NCBI GenBank assembly: GCA_017509245.1
Contig: JAFWQC010000009.1
Span: 18,460 to 82,459 of the forward strand
Source of the DNA: Clostridiales bacterium
Lineage (GTDB): Bacteria; Bacillota; Clostridia; Saccharofermentanales; Saccharofermentanaceae
Direction: 5' to 3'
DNA length: 64,000 nucleotides
Below are positions 20,171 to 30,643 of the stretch, one piece after another (the first letter of the stretch is position 1; every line of letters begins with the position of its first letter). The translations under genes were made by a program, and so were the position numbers. The notes below the pieces were generated by a model. It was not told the origin of the DNA. It saw nothing but the letters and a program-made list of their open reading frames with translations, and ran no database searches.

Positions 20171-21025
20171 ATGAAGATCTACGACCGACAGACTGAATCT
20201 TACGAAGAGATAGAGCAGTTCGGAGCAGGGAAACTGAATTTCCTTTACAACAATCCGTTCGGCCGTCTGTTCCTGGGAATCGCCGTGTCGTCCTTCGTGT
20301 CAGATATCTATTCAAAAAAGAAATCGAAAAAGAGCTCTTGCAAAGATATCCCGGAATTCATCAGAAATCACAATATTGACATGGGTGATTACGAAGATAA
20401 GGAATATGAGTCTTTCACCGATTTTTTCACAAGAAAGATCAAGCCCGGCAAACGCCCTGTGGATATGGATCCAAAAGCTTTTATCTCACCGTGCGATTCA
20501 AAGCTCCTTGTCTATAAGATCGATTCCAATACCGGAATGAATATAAAGGGACGTGAATATACAGTCGATGAGATCCTTGGCGGAACAGGCGATGCGCAGG
20601 AGTTTAAAGACGGAATAGCAATGGTGTTCAGGCTTACGGTTGACGACTATCACAGATATTGTTTCCCGGACAGCGGAAGCGTCATATGCAGGAAGAGCAT
20701 AAAGGGCAAGCTCCATACGGTCAGCCCGGTTTCAAAAGACCATAAGATCTACCACGAGAACACAAGGGATGTCAGCATCCTGAAGACTGATAATTTCGGC
20801 ACCATGGCATATATCGAAGTCGGTGCGATGCTCGTCGGAAGGATCGTGGACGAAGGGATCGGTATTTTCGCGAAAGGCCAGGAAAAAGGACATTTTGAAC
20901 CCGGCGGATCGACAGTAATAATACTCGCGAATAACATAAAGATAGACGAAGATATAATGGAACAAAGCGTCTCAGGGATAGAGACAAAAGTCAGATACGG
21001 AGAGAGGATAGGTACGGCATTATGA
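20171..21025 (+). CDS. psd: Phosphatidylserine decarboxylase
   Basis: FTDFFTRK, SPCDS, DYHRY and EVGAMLVG motifs; GGST self-cleavage site. Confidence 0.92.
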   Translation: MKIYDRQTESYEEIEQFGAGKLNFLYNNPFGRLFLGIAVSSFVSDIYSKKKSKKSSCKDIPEFIRNHNIDMGDYEDKEYESFTDFFTRKIKPGKRPVDMDPKAFISPCDSKLLVYKIDSNTGMNIKGREYTVDEILGGTGDAQEFKDGIAMVFRLTVDDYHRYCFPDSGSVICRKSIKGKLHTVSPVSKDHKIYHENTRDVSILKTDNFGTMAYIEVGAMLVGRIVDEGIGIFAKGQEKGHFEPGGSTVIILANNIKIDEDIMEQSVSGIETKVRYGERIGTAL

Positions 21026-21930
21026 TCAAAAGGCTCCACATCTATTTCAAAGAACGTTATCCGATCATTCCGAGGATAATCCTGGGCATCATCCTTTTCC
21101 TGGAGATCCATTTCATAATCCTTTTGAACATGGGTGTCACATGGAAAGAGGTCCATCTCGGTCCCGCCGAAGCAACAGGCGCTTTCACGTGCTTTGCTTT
21201 TCTTTTGTGGCTCAGGATCGCTGACGACTTAAAGGACTTCGAGACTGATAAGAAACTCTTCCCCGACAGGCCCCTGCCGAGCGGAAGAGTATTCAAGAAG
21301 GACGTAATGGTCGCATGCGTAATAGTTCAGGTTATAGCAATTGCCCTGAATGTCTTATTCATGCGCGAAAACCTGATCTTCCTCGTTATCCTCTACATCT
21401 ACGGATATCTGATGAGCAAGTGGTTCTTCAAGAAAAAGAAGATCCAGCCGAGCCTTCCTCTGGCGCTCATCACGCACAATCCCGTCCAGGCATTCATAAA
21501 CCTTTACATCATCGCCTTCACCATTCAGAAATACCAGCTTCCGTTCTTCTCGCTGACCAACATAATGGCACTGTGGACGCTTTATTTCCCTGCGCTTATC
21601 TGGGAGGTATCAAGAAAGATCAGGGCGCCAAAAGACGAGACGGAATATACGACATATTCGAAGCTCTTCGGTTACAAGGATTCAACCAAGTTCGTATTGA
21701 TACTGACGATCCTGGACATCATCACGAACTTCATCCTCGTATGGAATCTCAACAAGATATCCGTAGGCGTTCTCTTCCTGCTCGTATCCTGGATGACATG
21801 GAAGTTTATCCAGTTCATTAAGAACCCCGAGAGGTTCGTCCTGGTAGAGAAAGTCGAGCTCTACACTTATCTGCAGGAATCGACGATGCTCTTAACCATT
21901 GTCTGCTTCATAATCTTCGGAAAGATCTGA
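21022..21930 (+). CDS. UbiA-family prenyltransferase
   Basis: Multi-TM protein with the first Asp-rich motif RIADDLKDFETD...DRPLPSG. Confidence 0.8.
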   Translation: MIKRLHIYFKERYPIIPRIILGIILFLEIHFIILLNMGVTWKEVHLGPAEATGAFTCFAFLLWLRIADDLKDFETDKKLFPDRPLPSGRVFKKDVMVACVIVQVIAIALNVLFMRENLIFLVILYIYGYLMSKWFFKKKKIQPSLPLALITHNPVQAFINLYIIAFTIQKYQLPFFSLTNIMALWTLYFPALIWEVSRKIRAPKDETEYTTYSKLFGYKDSTKFVLILTILDIITNFILVWNLNKISVGVLFLLVSWMTWKFIQFIKNPERFVLVEKVELYTYLQESTMLLTIVCFIIFGKI

Positions 21931-21931
21931 T

Positions 21932-24205
21932 ATGTACGGCTCTAAGATTGACAATCTCATAAAGCTAAGTGACAGCGGATTTAATGTTCCGGCATTTACC
22001 ATTGTGCCTTATGAGGATGCTGTCAGGGAAGACCTTGAGGTAAAGCTGCCTTCATCAGGAAAACTCTTTTCAGTCAGAAGTTCTGCCAATGTCGAGGACG
22101 GTGAATTCCAGAGCTTTGCAGGGCAGTTCGATACTTTCCTTAATGTATCGCGCGATGATGTCGCTTCGAAAATAAAGACGATAGTAAATTCCCTTAACAG
22201 CGACAGCGTTAAGGCATATGCAGAGTCTAAAAAAATCGATGTTTCCGACATCAGGATGAACATTATCGTGCAGGACATGATAGATTCCGAAGTATCCGGC
22301 GTCCTCTTTACAGCTAACCCTCAAGGCATCTTGAATGAGAGCGTTATAACTGTCGGAAGAGGTCTTGGTGAAGGCATCGTCTCATCCAGAGTTGATACGA
22401 CATCTTACTACTACAACCTTACTGATAAGATCTGTTATTTCGAAGGCAAGGAAGACCTGATATCACAGGACAGGATCGAAGAGCTTATCGGTATCTCAGA
22501 TAAGATGAAGCCCCTCTTTGGTGAGTATCTTGATATCGAATTTGCAATCAGGGACGATGAGGTATTTATCCTTCAGGTGCGCCCGATAACTACACTTAAG
22601 ACTGACGATCCGCTCATTATGGATAACAGCAATATCGTTGAGAGTTATCCGGGAATCTCTTCGCCTCTTACGACGTCATTTGTGGATCTCGTTTACAGCG
22701 GAGTCTTCAAAGGCGTGTGCGGAAGAGTCCTTAAGAACGATAGGGAACTAAACAAGCACGAGGACGTTTTCCTCAACATGACAGGTCACGTAAACGGCCG
22801 TGTTTACTATAAGATCAGCAACTGGTATACGGTTATAAAGTTCCTGCCGATGAGCAAGAAGATCATCCCCGTATGGCAGGAGATGATGGGCGTGCGCAAC
22901 AAAACATATAACGAAGACGATGTTAAGATCGGTTTCTTCACGCGCATCGCTACGTATTTTAATTCCGTTTATGAGCTTTGCGCCGTTCCGAAGAACATGC
23001 GAAAACTCAACGAGAAATTCATCGTAATCAATGACGATTTCTACAGTAAGTTCGATACTTCTTTGTCGCCTGCAGAGCTAGTCGCGCTGTTTAATGACGT
23101 TAAGGTCAAGCTTTTCGACTGCTGGGACGTAACGCTTCTAAACGACATGTATTCATTTATCTTCACGGGTCTTCTCAAGTCCCGCATGAAGAAGAAATAC
23201 GGTAAGGACGACAAGGAGATCAATGAGTACATAAGCGGCATCTCCGACATCGAGAGCATGAAGCCTGTCATCGAGATCACAAGGCTTGCGCTTGAGAAAG
23301 ATAATATGACCGAAGAAGAGTTTGCAGCCGCAAAGAGAGAATACATAAGGCTTTACGGCGACCGCAATCTCGAGGAATTAAAGCTAGAGAGCAGGACGTT
23401 CAGGAGCAATCCCGAGCTTCTCGACTGGCGCATTAACCAGTACAGGAAAGACATGGAGCGCCTTAAGGCAACATGGGACAGCTTCACTAGAAAAAAGAAT
23501 ACTGAAGATAAGTACGACGCGCTGACCCGGTTCTACGTTAAGAAGAGTTCTCTCGGTATCTATAACCGTGAGATCTCAAGGCTTAACAGAAGCCGAATCT
23601 ACGGCGTCGTAAGACTTATCGTAGACGCTCTTGGCGCGAAATATAAAGAGCAGGGCCTTATCGAGAAAGCACACGATATCTACTACATGAAGGTCGACGA
23701 GGCATTAGGCCTTGCAAGCGATCCTAAGGATATGAGAAAGACCGTAAGTGACCGCAAGGACCAGTATAAGCTCTACAGGGAGCTTCCGCCTTATTCGAGG
23801 CTCATCTTTGCTGAAGGACCTTTCAACAAGCGACACGCAAATGTTAATTCTTACCACAAGAAACTCAAGGATAACGAGCTCTTCGGAGTGCCCTGTTCAG
23901 GCGGCATATGCGAGGGTGAAGCACTTGTAATTACTGACGTAAACGACACGGGCGATGTGAAGGATAAGATCCTCATCACGAAGATGACAGATCCCGGCTG
24001 GGTGTTCCTTCTGACACAGGCAAAGGGCGTTATCTCTGAGAAGGGTTCGCTTTTATCTCACACGGCGATCGTCTCAAGAGAGATAGGCATACCTTCGATA
24101 GTCGGTGTCAAAGACCTGATGGATACGATCCGGACGGGCGACCTTATCAGGATGAACGGCGATAAGGGAAAGATCGAGATATTGAAAAGGAGCGGCGATA
24201 CATGA
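21932..24205 (+). CDS. PEP synthase/rifampin phosphotransferase-like dikinase 2
   Basis: SVRSSANVED...SFAGQF, LQVRPIT, TDPGW and GSLLSHTAIVSRE motifs. Confidence 0.88.
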   Translation: MYGSKIDNLIKLSDSGFNVPAFTIVPYEDAVREDLEVKLPSSGKLFSVRSSANVEDGEFQSFAGQFDTFLNVSRDDVASKIKTIVNSLNSDSVKAYAESKKIDVSDIRMNIIVQDMIDSEVSGVLFTANPQGILNESVITVGRGLGEGIVSSRVDTTSYYYNLTDKICYFEGKEDLISQDRIEELIGISDKMKPLFGEYLDIEFAIRDDEVFILQVRPITTLKTDDPLIMDNSNIVESYPGISSPLTTSFVDLVYSGVFKGVCGRVLKNDRELNKHEDVFLNMTGHVNGRVYYKISNWYTVIKFLPMSKKIIPVWQEMMGVRNKTYNEDDVKIGFFTRIATYFNSVYELCAVPKNMRKLNEKFIVINDDFYSKFDTSLSPAELVALFNDVKVKLFDCWDVTLLNDMYSFIFTGLLKSRMKKKYGKDDKEINEYISGISDIESMKPVIEITRLALEKDNMTEEEFAAAKREYIRLYGDRNLEELKLESRTFRSNPELLDWRINQYRKDMERLKATWDSFTRKKNTEDKYDALTRFYVKKSSLGIYNREISRLNRSRIYGVVRLIVDALGAKYKEQGLIEKAHDIYYMKVDEALGLASDPKDMRKTVSDRKDQYKLYRELPPYSRLIFAEGPFNKRHANVNSYHKKLKDNELFGVPCSGGICEGEALVITDVNDTGDVKDKILITKMTDPGWVFLLTQAKGVISEKGSLLSHTAIVSREIGIPSIVGVKDLMDTIRTGDLIRMNGDKGKIEILKRSGDT

Positions 24206-25272
24206 AGTTAGTCAAGTTTGATCTGGAAGAGAATTACATAAAGGATTTTGTAAAGCTCGCAGAGAAGATCTACGATACTTCCGACAACATGGAAGATCCT
24301 GATTCGATAAAGAAGATACTCAAAGGAGGGCATCCTTTAAGCAAGTATTTCACGCTTGCAAAGTTCCTTGTATACGATGACAGCGGTATTGCCAAAGGCC
24401 GTTTCTGCATCACTTCATATGAGGGCGATGAGACAGCATATCTCGGCTTTTTCGAATGCGTAAATGATGCAGAAGTTGCAAAGTTCCTATTCGACAGCGC
24501 ATATTCATATTGCAGCGAAAATGGTTTTGCGAAGATCCAGGGCCCGGTCGATGCTTCCTTCTGGATCAAGTACAGACTTAAGATCAACAAGTTCGATGCT
24601 CCTTATACGGGTGAACCTTACAACAAAGATTACTACTTGAAGCTCTTCGAAGACAACGGTTTTATTGTCGCCGAGCACTACACATCACATGCCTTCAGAA
24701 GCGTCGGCGAGGAGTATAAGAATCCGAAGTTTGAAGAGCATTACCAGGAATTCCTTAACGCCGGCTATGAGATCAGGAGTCCAAAGGAAGAAGAGTTTTC
24801 GCAGGCGATAGATGACGTCTACAGACTCGTAACTGACCTTTACAGCGACTTCCCGATCTTCAAGGACGTTAAGCAGGAGGACTTCAGGGAAGTCTTCATG
24901 AGCTATAAGCAGATAATGAACATGAGCATGACCAAGCTCGCTTACTATAACGGCAAGGCTGTCGGCTTCTATGTCTCGATCCCTGATTACGGCAATCTTG
25001 TTTACCATACGGGCAATCCTGTTAACATCGCGAAGATCCTCATGACGAAGAAAAAGCCGAAGCGCTATGTAATGCTCTACATGGGTGTTGACCAGCAGCA
25101 CAGGGGTTTGGGAAAAGCGCTCGTTTACGCGATCATGAAGGAACTTATGGCATCAGGGCTCCCGAGCATCGGCGCGCTCATGAGGGACGGCAAATTAACA
25201 CAGACATATGCGAATGGTGACATCACCGGCGTTTACGAATATGTACTTTTGGAAAGGACGATAGAGAGATGA
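24202..25272 (+). CDS. GNAT-fold protein
   Basis: LGFFEC, GP, PYN..YY and MGVDQQHRGLGKAL acyl-CoA-binding-like motifs. Confidence 0.7.
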   Translation: MKLVKFDLEENYIKDFVKLAEKIYDTSDNMEDPDSIKKILKGGHPLSKYFTLAKFLVYDDSGIAKGRFCITSYEGDETAYLGFFECVNDAEVAKFLFDSAYSYCSENGFAKIQGPVDASFWIKYRLKINKFDAPYTGEPYNKDYYLKLFEDNGFIVAEHYTSHAFRSVGEEYKNPKFEEHYQEFLNAGYEIRSPKEEEFSQAIDDVYRLVTDLYSDFPIFKDVKQEDFREVFMSYKQIMNMSMTKLAYYNGKAVGFYVSIPDYGNLVYHTGNPVNIAKILMTKKKPKRYVMLYMGVDQQHRGLGKALVYAIMKELMASGLPSIGALMRDGKLTQTYANGDITGVYEYVLLERTIER

Positions 25273-26726
25273 ATGAACTTGAGAAGTTTTTAAGAGCGGA
25301 CTATGAGAAGTGGAAGGACAACGATTACCTCCACGAGATGGTCGACGGCAAGTATGTAGGTATTACGATGGGCGAATTCATCGAGAAGGTGAATTACCTC
25401 GGAACCTATCTTGTTAATAACGGCTATAAGGGCAAGAATATCGGTATCTACAGCCCGAACTCGATCGCTTGGATGATCGCAGATGTTGCGATCATGAACT
25501 ATGTCGGATTAAGCGTCGGTCTTAACAAGGACTGGAAGGACGATAATCTCGATTATGCTATCGGCAAATGCGAGATCGCTCTGATGCTTTACAGCAAGGG
25601 ATTAGAAGACAAGATCAACGCCGTTAAGGATAAGTATCCGTCAGTTGAATTCGTGTGCATCGAAGAGAATTTCGACAGGATGATCGATGAGGGTAAAGCA
25701 GCATGCAAAGAGCTTTTCGCGCTCGAACCGGTTGATGAGGACAAGCCCGCGAAGATCGTATTTACGAGCGGCTCCACATCTTTCCCGAAGGCCGTAATGC
25801 TGTCAGTCAAAAATATCTATTCAAGCTATGAAGCACTGGGCAGAAGGATCAGTGTCGATACAAATGACGTCTGCTACCTGTTCCTGCCTTTGAATCATAC
25901 TTACGGTTCCATCTTCAATTTCCTGTATTCATTGGTGTTCGGTTACAGCATCTATCTAACGGGAGACATTAAGAACATGGCTCAGGAGATGATGACGGTA
26001 AAGCCTACTGTCTTCTGCGCGGTGCCTCTTGTCTGCGTCAAATTCTGCGAGGGCGCAAAGGCAATGAATGTGCCTTTGAAGATGCTCCTTGGCGGCAGGA
26101 TGAGATATCTTTTCATCGGAGGTTCATGTCTGCCTTATGATATCCGTCAGGCCTTTATCGATCAGGGTATCAACCCGATGAATGCATATGCGCTTTCTGA
26201 GACATCTTCGGGCTTCTCGATCGACTATCCTGACGTTACCGACATGGACAGTGCAGGCACGCTTCTGGAATATGTTGATGCTAAGGTCATAGATCCTGAT
26301 GAGGACGGCATCGGCGAGCTTGCGATCAAGGGACCGAATATTTTCCACGGTTATCTGAACGATCCTGAAGCAACTAAGAGAGCCTTCGACAAGGACGGAT
26401 ATTTCCTTACGGGCGACCTTGGAAAGATCGTCGGCAACATGGTCTATGTCAAGGGAAGAAAGGACACGATGCTCGTTCTTTTGAACGGCGAAAATGTTTC
26501 CTCCAAGCGCATCTGCGAGAAGGTAAAAGCTGCTGATCCGAGGATCTCATCGGTTAAGGCTTATATCAGGGATGACTTGCTCACATGCGATATTTTCGTG
26601 AACGGAAAAGAAAATGTCGAAGGCGACTGGCAGGCCGTCATCGATAAAGTCAATGAAGATCTCTCAAAGTATGAGAAAATAAGAAAGTTCAGTGTCGTTG
26701 ATTCAAGCGCGCTTCTAAAAGGATAA
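25269..26726 (+). CDS. AMP-binding enzyme (long-chain acyl-CoA synthetase-like)
   Basis: FTSGSTSFPK, YALSET, YFLTGDLG and GRKD motifs. Confidence 0.9.
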   Translation: MNELEKFLRADYEKWKDNDYLHEMVDGKYVGITMGEFIEKVNYLGTYLVNNGYKGKNIGIYSPNSIAWMIADVAIMNYVGLSVGLNKDWKDDNLDYAIGKCEIALMLYSKGLEDKINAVKDKYPSVEFVCIEENFDRMIDEGKAACKELFALEPVDEDKPAKIVFTSGSTSFPKAVMLSVKNIYSSYEALGRRISVDTNDVCYLFLPLNHTYGSIFNFLYSLVFGYSIYLTGDIKNMAQEMMTVKPTVFCAVPLVCVKFCEGAKAMNVPLKMLLGGRMRYLFIGGSCLPYDIRQAFIDQGINPMNAYALSETSSGFSIDYPDVTDMDSAGTLLEYVDAKVIDPDEDGIGELAIKGPNIFHGYLNDPEATKRAFDKDGYFLTGDLGKIVGNMVYVKGRKDTMLVLLNGENVSSKRICEKVKAADPRISSVKAYIRDDLLTCDIFVNGKENVEGDWQAVIDKVNEDLSKYEKIRKFSVVDSSALLKG

Positions 26727-26824
26727 GCAAATAAAGATCAGAGAATCTGGAACAGCAGGTCCCGGTGTGTCATAATAATTTCTGATGGCTTAGGGTTAAG
26801 GGATAGTTTTCCGGGGGGATCTTT

Positions 26825-28324
26825 ATGAGAAAACTTATCAGTTATTCATGCTCAACATGCGGCGGAGCTCTGATCGTTAACAGAAGTGAAGAGGTATTGA
26901 ACTGCCCTTTCTGCGGCAATGCATTTGATCTGACTCTGATGCACAGGAAAGAGCTCCTTGAAGATGCTGCTGTTAATATGCAGCAAAGAGAATTCAACGC
27001 GGCAAAAGCCAAGTTTAATTCGCTTCTCGAGAGCGATCCTCATGATTTTGAAGCATTAAGAGGACTTGCCCTTTGCGCGGGAAAGCTCCAGTCTGTTTTC
27101 TCGCTCAAATCACCTGACAAGATAAAGAAGCCGGAACTTGATGAGATGCGGACAGCATTAGAGTTTGCGAAGGCAAATGCTTCCGCTGATGATGCATCCT
27201 ATTTTGCAGATCTTTTAAGCCTTGCTGATATCGTGGACGAGCGCTTTAAGAATGCCGAAGATAAGACCGGAAATAACGAGAATGTCAAAGAGGAGATCAG
27301 TAACAGGAGCACTCCCGAGATCATCTTAAACATCATATATTTCTGCTCGGGTCTGGTATCGGTATCGGTACTTATTTACTTCTTCCTTGTCATTCAGAAT
27401 CCTAATCCCGGTATATTCACTGTTCTTGGCATAATCGCATTCTGCCTGATCTTACATGCTGTGGACGTGCTTTTCATCCGCCGCCGTGTCAATGAACAGA
27501 GGCACAGGAAGATCGTTCAAATGAACCGCGAGACCGATGTCATATCTTCAAATATGGATGAGCTGGAGAAGAAATACGACGGGATCTTTAAATCACTTAT
27601 CAGGCGTGAGCCTTCTTTAACTTCTTCGAAGATCCCCAAATATATCGCGAAAGATTCATACAAGGCTGGAGCTTCCGTACAGGGAGATTCCAAAGTAACC
27701 TGCACCAAGTGCGCCGGAAGTCTTATTCCGGACAAGGATAACAACATCTACAGGTGTCTGTCATGCGGTGTGGCATACGGAAGCTCCATTCTTTTCGACA
27801 GCGATGCGAAAACAAAAGCCGAGAGTTCCGTTTTGCTTGGCGAATTCAACGAAGCTGACGTCTGGTATAACTGCATGCTCATGGTGCGTTCTTATGACTT
27901 TGATGCTCTCCGCGGACGTATCCTCTGCGCAGCAAGATGGAAGGACTTTGCCGGTGTCGAGTGCCCGACGTCGGTATCAGTCGTGCGAATAAAGAATATC
28001 CGCGACCGTATCGGTGAGGCTTTGGTCCATGCATGGGATAAGGACCGCGGATATTTTGATACCTGCAAGAGTTTTATTGATCTTTATGAAGAATTGTGGA
28101 ACAAGGAACTGAAGATGAAGCCTCTTACTGATAAGAGAGACGCTCTCAGGAAAACTCTTCAGTATCAGTATCTGGGCATGAATGCCGAGATGAAGACGAC
28201 GGATTACTATATTGCAAGAGAACTTGATCCGCTGATAAGCGAAAGGGATGAAGTTAAAGAAAGATTCCTGAAAGTCCGTGACGAACTTGCACGTATCGAT
28301 GCAGGCAGTCCGGCTAATGTCTAA
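26825..28324 (+). CDS. Hypothetical protein with internally duplicated Zn-ribbon + TPR-like unit and central 2-TM hairpin
   Basis: CSTC..CPFC..EFNAA..DFEALRG..CA is repeated as CTKC..CLSC..EFNEA..DFDALRG..CA. Confidence 0.75.
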   Translation: MRKLISYSCSTCGGALIVNRSEEVLNCPFCGNAFDLTLMHRKELLEDAAVNMQQREFNAAKAKFNSLLESDPHDFEALRGLALCAGKLQSVFSLKSPDKIKKPELDEMRTALEFAKANASADDASYFADLLSLADIVDERFKNAEDKTGNNENVKEEISNRSTPEIILNIIYFCSGLVSVSVLIYFFLVIQNPNPGIFTVLGIIAFCLILHAVDVLFIRRRVNEQRHRKIVQMNRETDVISSNMDELEKKYDGIFKSLIRREPSLTSSKIPKYIAKDSYKAGASVQGDSKVTCTKCAGSLIPDKDNNIYRCLSCGVAYGSSILFDSDAKTKAESSVLLGEFNEADVWYNCMLMVRSYDFDALRGRILCAARWKDFAGVECPTSVSVVRIKNIRDRIGEALVHAWDKDRGYFDTCKSFIDLYEELWNKELKMKPLTDKRDALRKTLQYQYLGMNAEMKTTDYYIARELDPLISERDEVKERFLKVRDELARIDAGSPANV

Positions 28325-28511
28325 GCCTTTATAATTTCCCTGTATTTTCTGCGGATTGATCCTGGGCGCTGCCGTGCTGCCTTTGGTCGACGGCAACACC
28401 GTATTCTTCTCACAGGAATGATGAATATTACGGCATTACTGTTCCATAACTTGATTTGAGTACCTGTGAGTGCTAGCATTTGCCGGTATAAAAAATGCAA
28501 GGACAGCAGTA

Positions 28512-29279
28512 ATGGGTTATCTATACGAGACACACAGCCATACCTGTGAAGCAAGCGCGTGCGGCAAGGTCCACGGGGAAGATTACATCTCTTACATGAT
28601 GGATAAGGGCTACAGCGGAATGATCATTACCGATCATTTCTTTAACGGCAACACATGCGTGCCGGAAGACCTCCCATGGAAAGAAAGAGTCGAGATATAC
28701 TGCTCGGGTTACGAGAGAGCTCTGAAGGCTGCTGAAGGCAAGGATTTCAACGTTATGTTCGGTGTTGAGATCAATTACTGGAAAGACGAATACCTTCTCT
28801 ACGGCATCGATAAAGAATGGCTCATCAATAATGAAGGCATAATGCGCATGACTAGGCATGAACTGAAGGATGCCATCCATAAAGCCGGCGGTGCAATGGT
28901 CTGCGCGCATCCTTTCAGGGAGAGGGATTACTACGAGGATATCAAGCTTGCTCCTACAGCAAGTGACGGCATCGAAGTATATAATGCCGCAAATACTCCC
29001 AACATGAATGCTCTTGCTTTTGAATACTGCACAAAGCTCGGCCAGACCATGACATCCGGATCTGATATACATTATTTCTACGACGGCGACATGGGAGGAA
29101 TGCTTTTCGAGCACAGGATAGATTCTGTAAAAGACTATGTTAAAGCCATATTTGACGGATCGGGAATCCCCGTCCGCCTTGGTAATGACGGAACTATAAC
29201 ACCTGTCAGTGAGATCCGCGAGCAGACCGTATCAACAGCCCTGCCGACGATGAGGATCTTTTATCCCGAAGGAAAATAA
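28512..29279 (+). CDS. PHP-family phosphoesterase
   Basis: ETHSHT, ITDH, GVE, AHP and SGSDIH metal-binding motifs. Confidence 0.88.
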   Translation: MGYLYETHSHTCEASACGKVHGEDYISYMMDKGYSGMIITDHFFNGNTCVPEDLPWKERVEIYCSGYERALKAAEGKDFNVMFGVEINYWKDEYLLYGIDKEWLINNEGIMRMTRHELKDAIHKAGGAMVCAHPFRERDYYEDIKLAPTASDGIEVYNAANTPNMNALAFEYCTKLGQTMTSGSDIHYFYDGDMGGMLFEHRIDSVKDYVKAIFDGSGIPVRLGNDGTITPVSEIREQTVSTALPTMRIFYPEGK

Positions 29280-29435
29280 ACTCCGGTTTTTTGTAAACAT
29301 TCGTGTCAGATTATAGACAAATCTGTTAAATCTTCCTACAATAGCTTGTGGGGACGGAATTATGCTTTCGTGACAATGCAGCAATCCTTTTCCCGTTCGG
29401 TTTTATTGTGGTGGGGATAATTTGGAGAATGAACA

Positions 29436-29567
29436 ATGGATGTCTTTTTTTGGATCGTTGGCGCTGTCGTCATAATTATAAGCATATGTGTGATCATCTC
29501 GGGGATCACGGATCTTATCAAGCATAAGAAGAAATGCACAAAATCTAAAGTGAGCGAGCGCAGATGA
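29436..29567 (+). CDS. Small single-TM protein (43 aa), not in the ORF track
   Basis: GGAG RBS; MDVFFWIVGAVVIIISICVIISGITDLIKHKKKCTKSKVSERR. Confidence 0.45.
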   Translation: MDVFFWIVGAVVIIISICVIISGITDLIKHKKKCTKSKVSERR

Positions 29568-29605
29568 AAATGTTATATTTTCTGCCGGAACGGAGAATCT
29601 GATAT

Positions 29606-30643
29606 ATGACAGAGGATCAAGCTGTATTCACAAAGAAGGCACGCAATAAAGCTGCCGTTTTCTTTACTACGCTCATAGCGACGACTTTCTTGTTTTTCAT
29701 AATGCTGAGTTCCCTTTTCGGAAGAGCCGGTTATACAGCCGAGTCTGCTTATTATGTCAAAGTTGCCATCTCAGTCTCGTTAGGCATCGTTGTTGCCATA
29801 TGCGCCTTGATCTCGAATAAAGATATAAAGATCACGATAGACAGGGAAAACGTCACTTATACAAGAGGCAAGGATCAGAAGATATTTCCCATCTCATCGT
29901 ACCGCGGAACATATATCGCAACATTTAACGGCGTGGAGGAAAGAAATCTCAGATTTGCTTTGCCAAACGGCAGGCTGCAATCGATCAAGCTGCCGTTTGA
30001 AAATGCGGAATTCTCTGACATCGTATCAGCTATAACAAAGTTCGGCCGTGCTGATGAAGATAATGAGGAATCAAAAGAAGCTATAAGAGATTTCTTCGAA
30101 GGTGAATTCACGATCGGTGTTCCAAGCGTTAAGCTGTCACAGGCGCTCTCAAAGACTTTAAAGATACGTTCCATAACATCAGTAATTCTTGCAGGATTAG
30201 CAGTAATCATATGTCCCGTTGCCTTTGTGTTGCTGGACATATATACGGCGATCGCTGTTGCTTTGATCTTCGGAGTCATGGGCCTGTCTTTTGCCATGCT
30301 GTTATTCCTTTACGGCAGAAAAGAGAATAAAGCTGCAATTGAGTGCACGCCGGAATTTGTTGCAGCAGGTCCTTACTGCATCACATTCGGAAACGAGAAG
30401 TTTGACGCATCCCGGATCAGGAAGGTTACCGCAACCCCGCCTGCTTATGAAAATGTCACCAAGAACTTCGATTTCAGATCCGTAGCCGTAACGGATATTA
30501 AAGGCAATGTTCATAAGTTCTACTTCGGCAAATCACCTAAAAACAATAAGAATAAAGTCTTCAACGAATATGCGTCTGTTGTCAGTCTGATCGATCAATG
30601 GTGCTTTGCGAATAATATCGATTTCAGAATGGACCTTGCATAA
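29606..30643 (+). CDS. Hypothetical membrane protein
   Basis: Two pairs of TM helices, each followed by a soluble beta-rich domain. Confidence 0.7.
   Translation: MTEDQAVFTKKARNKAAVFFTTLIATTFLFFIMLSSLFGRAGYTAESAYYVKVAISVSLGIVVAICALISNKDIKITIDRENVTYTRGKDQKIFPISSYRGTYIATFNGVEERNLRFALPNGRLQSIKLPFENAEFSDIVSAITKFGRADEDNEESKEAIRDFFEGEFTIGVPSVKLSQALSKTLKIRSITSVILAGLAVIICPVAFVLLDIYTAIAVALIFGVMGLSFAMLLFLYGRKENKAAIECTPEFVAAGPYCITFGNEKFDASRIRKVTATPPAYENVTKNFDFRSVAVTDIKGNVHKFYFGKSPKNNKNKVFNEYASVVSLIDQWCFANNIDFRMDLA

Noticed and set aside
17052-24205. Gluconeogenic PEP synthase (ppsA) or a true rifampin resistance gene
   Set aside because: There is no pyruvate-binding barrel, and the lipid-operon context argues against either call
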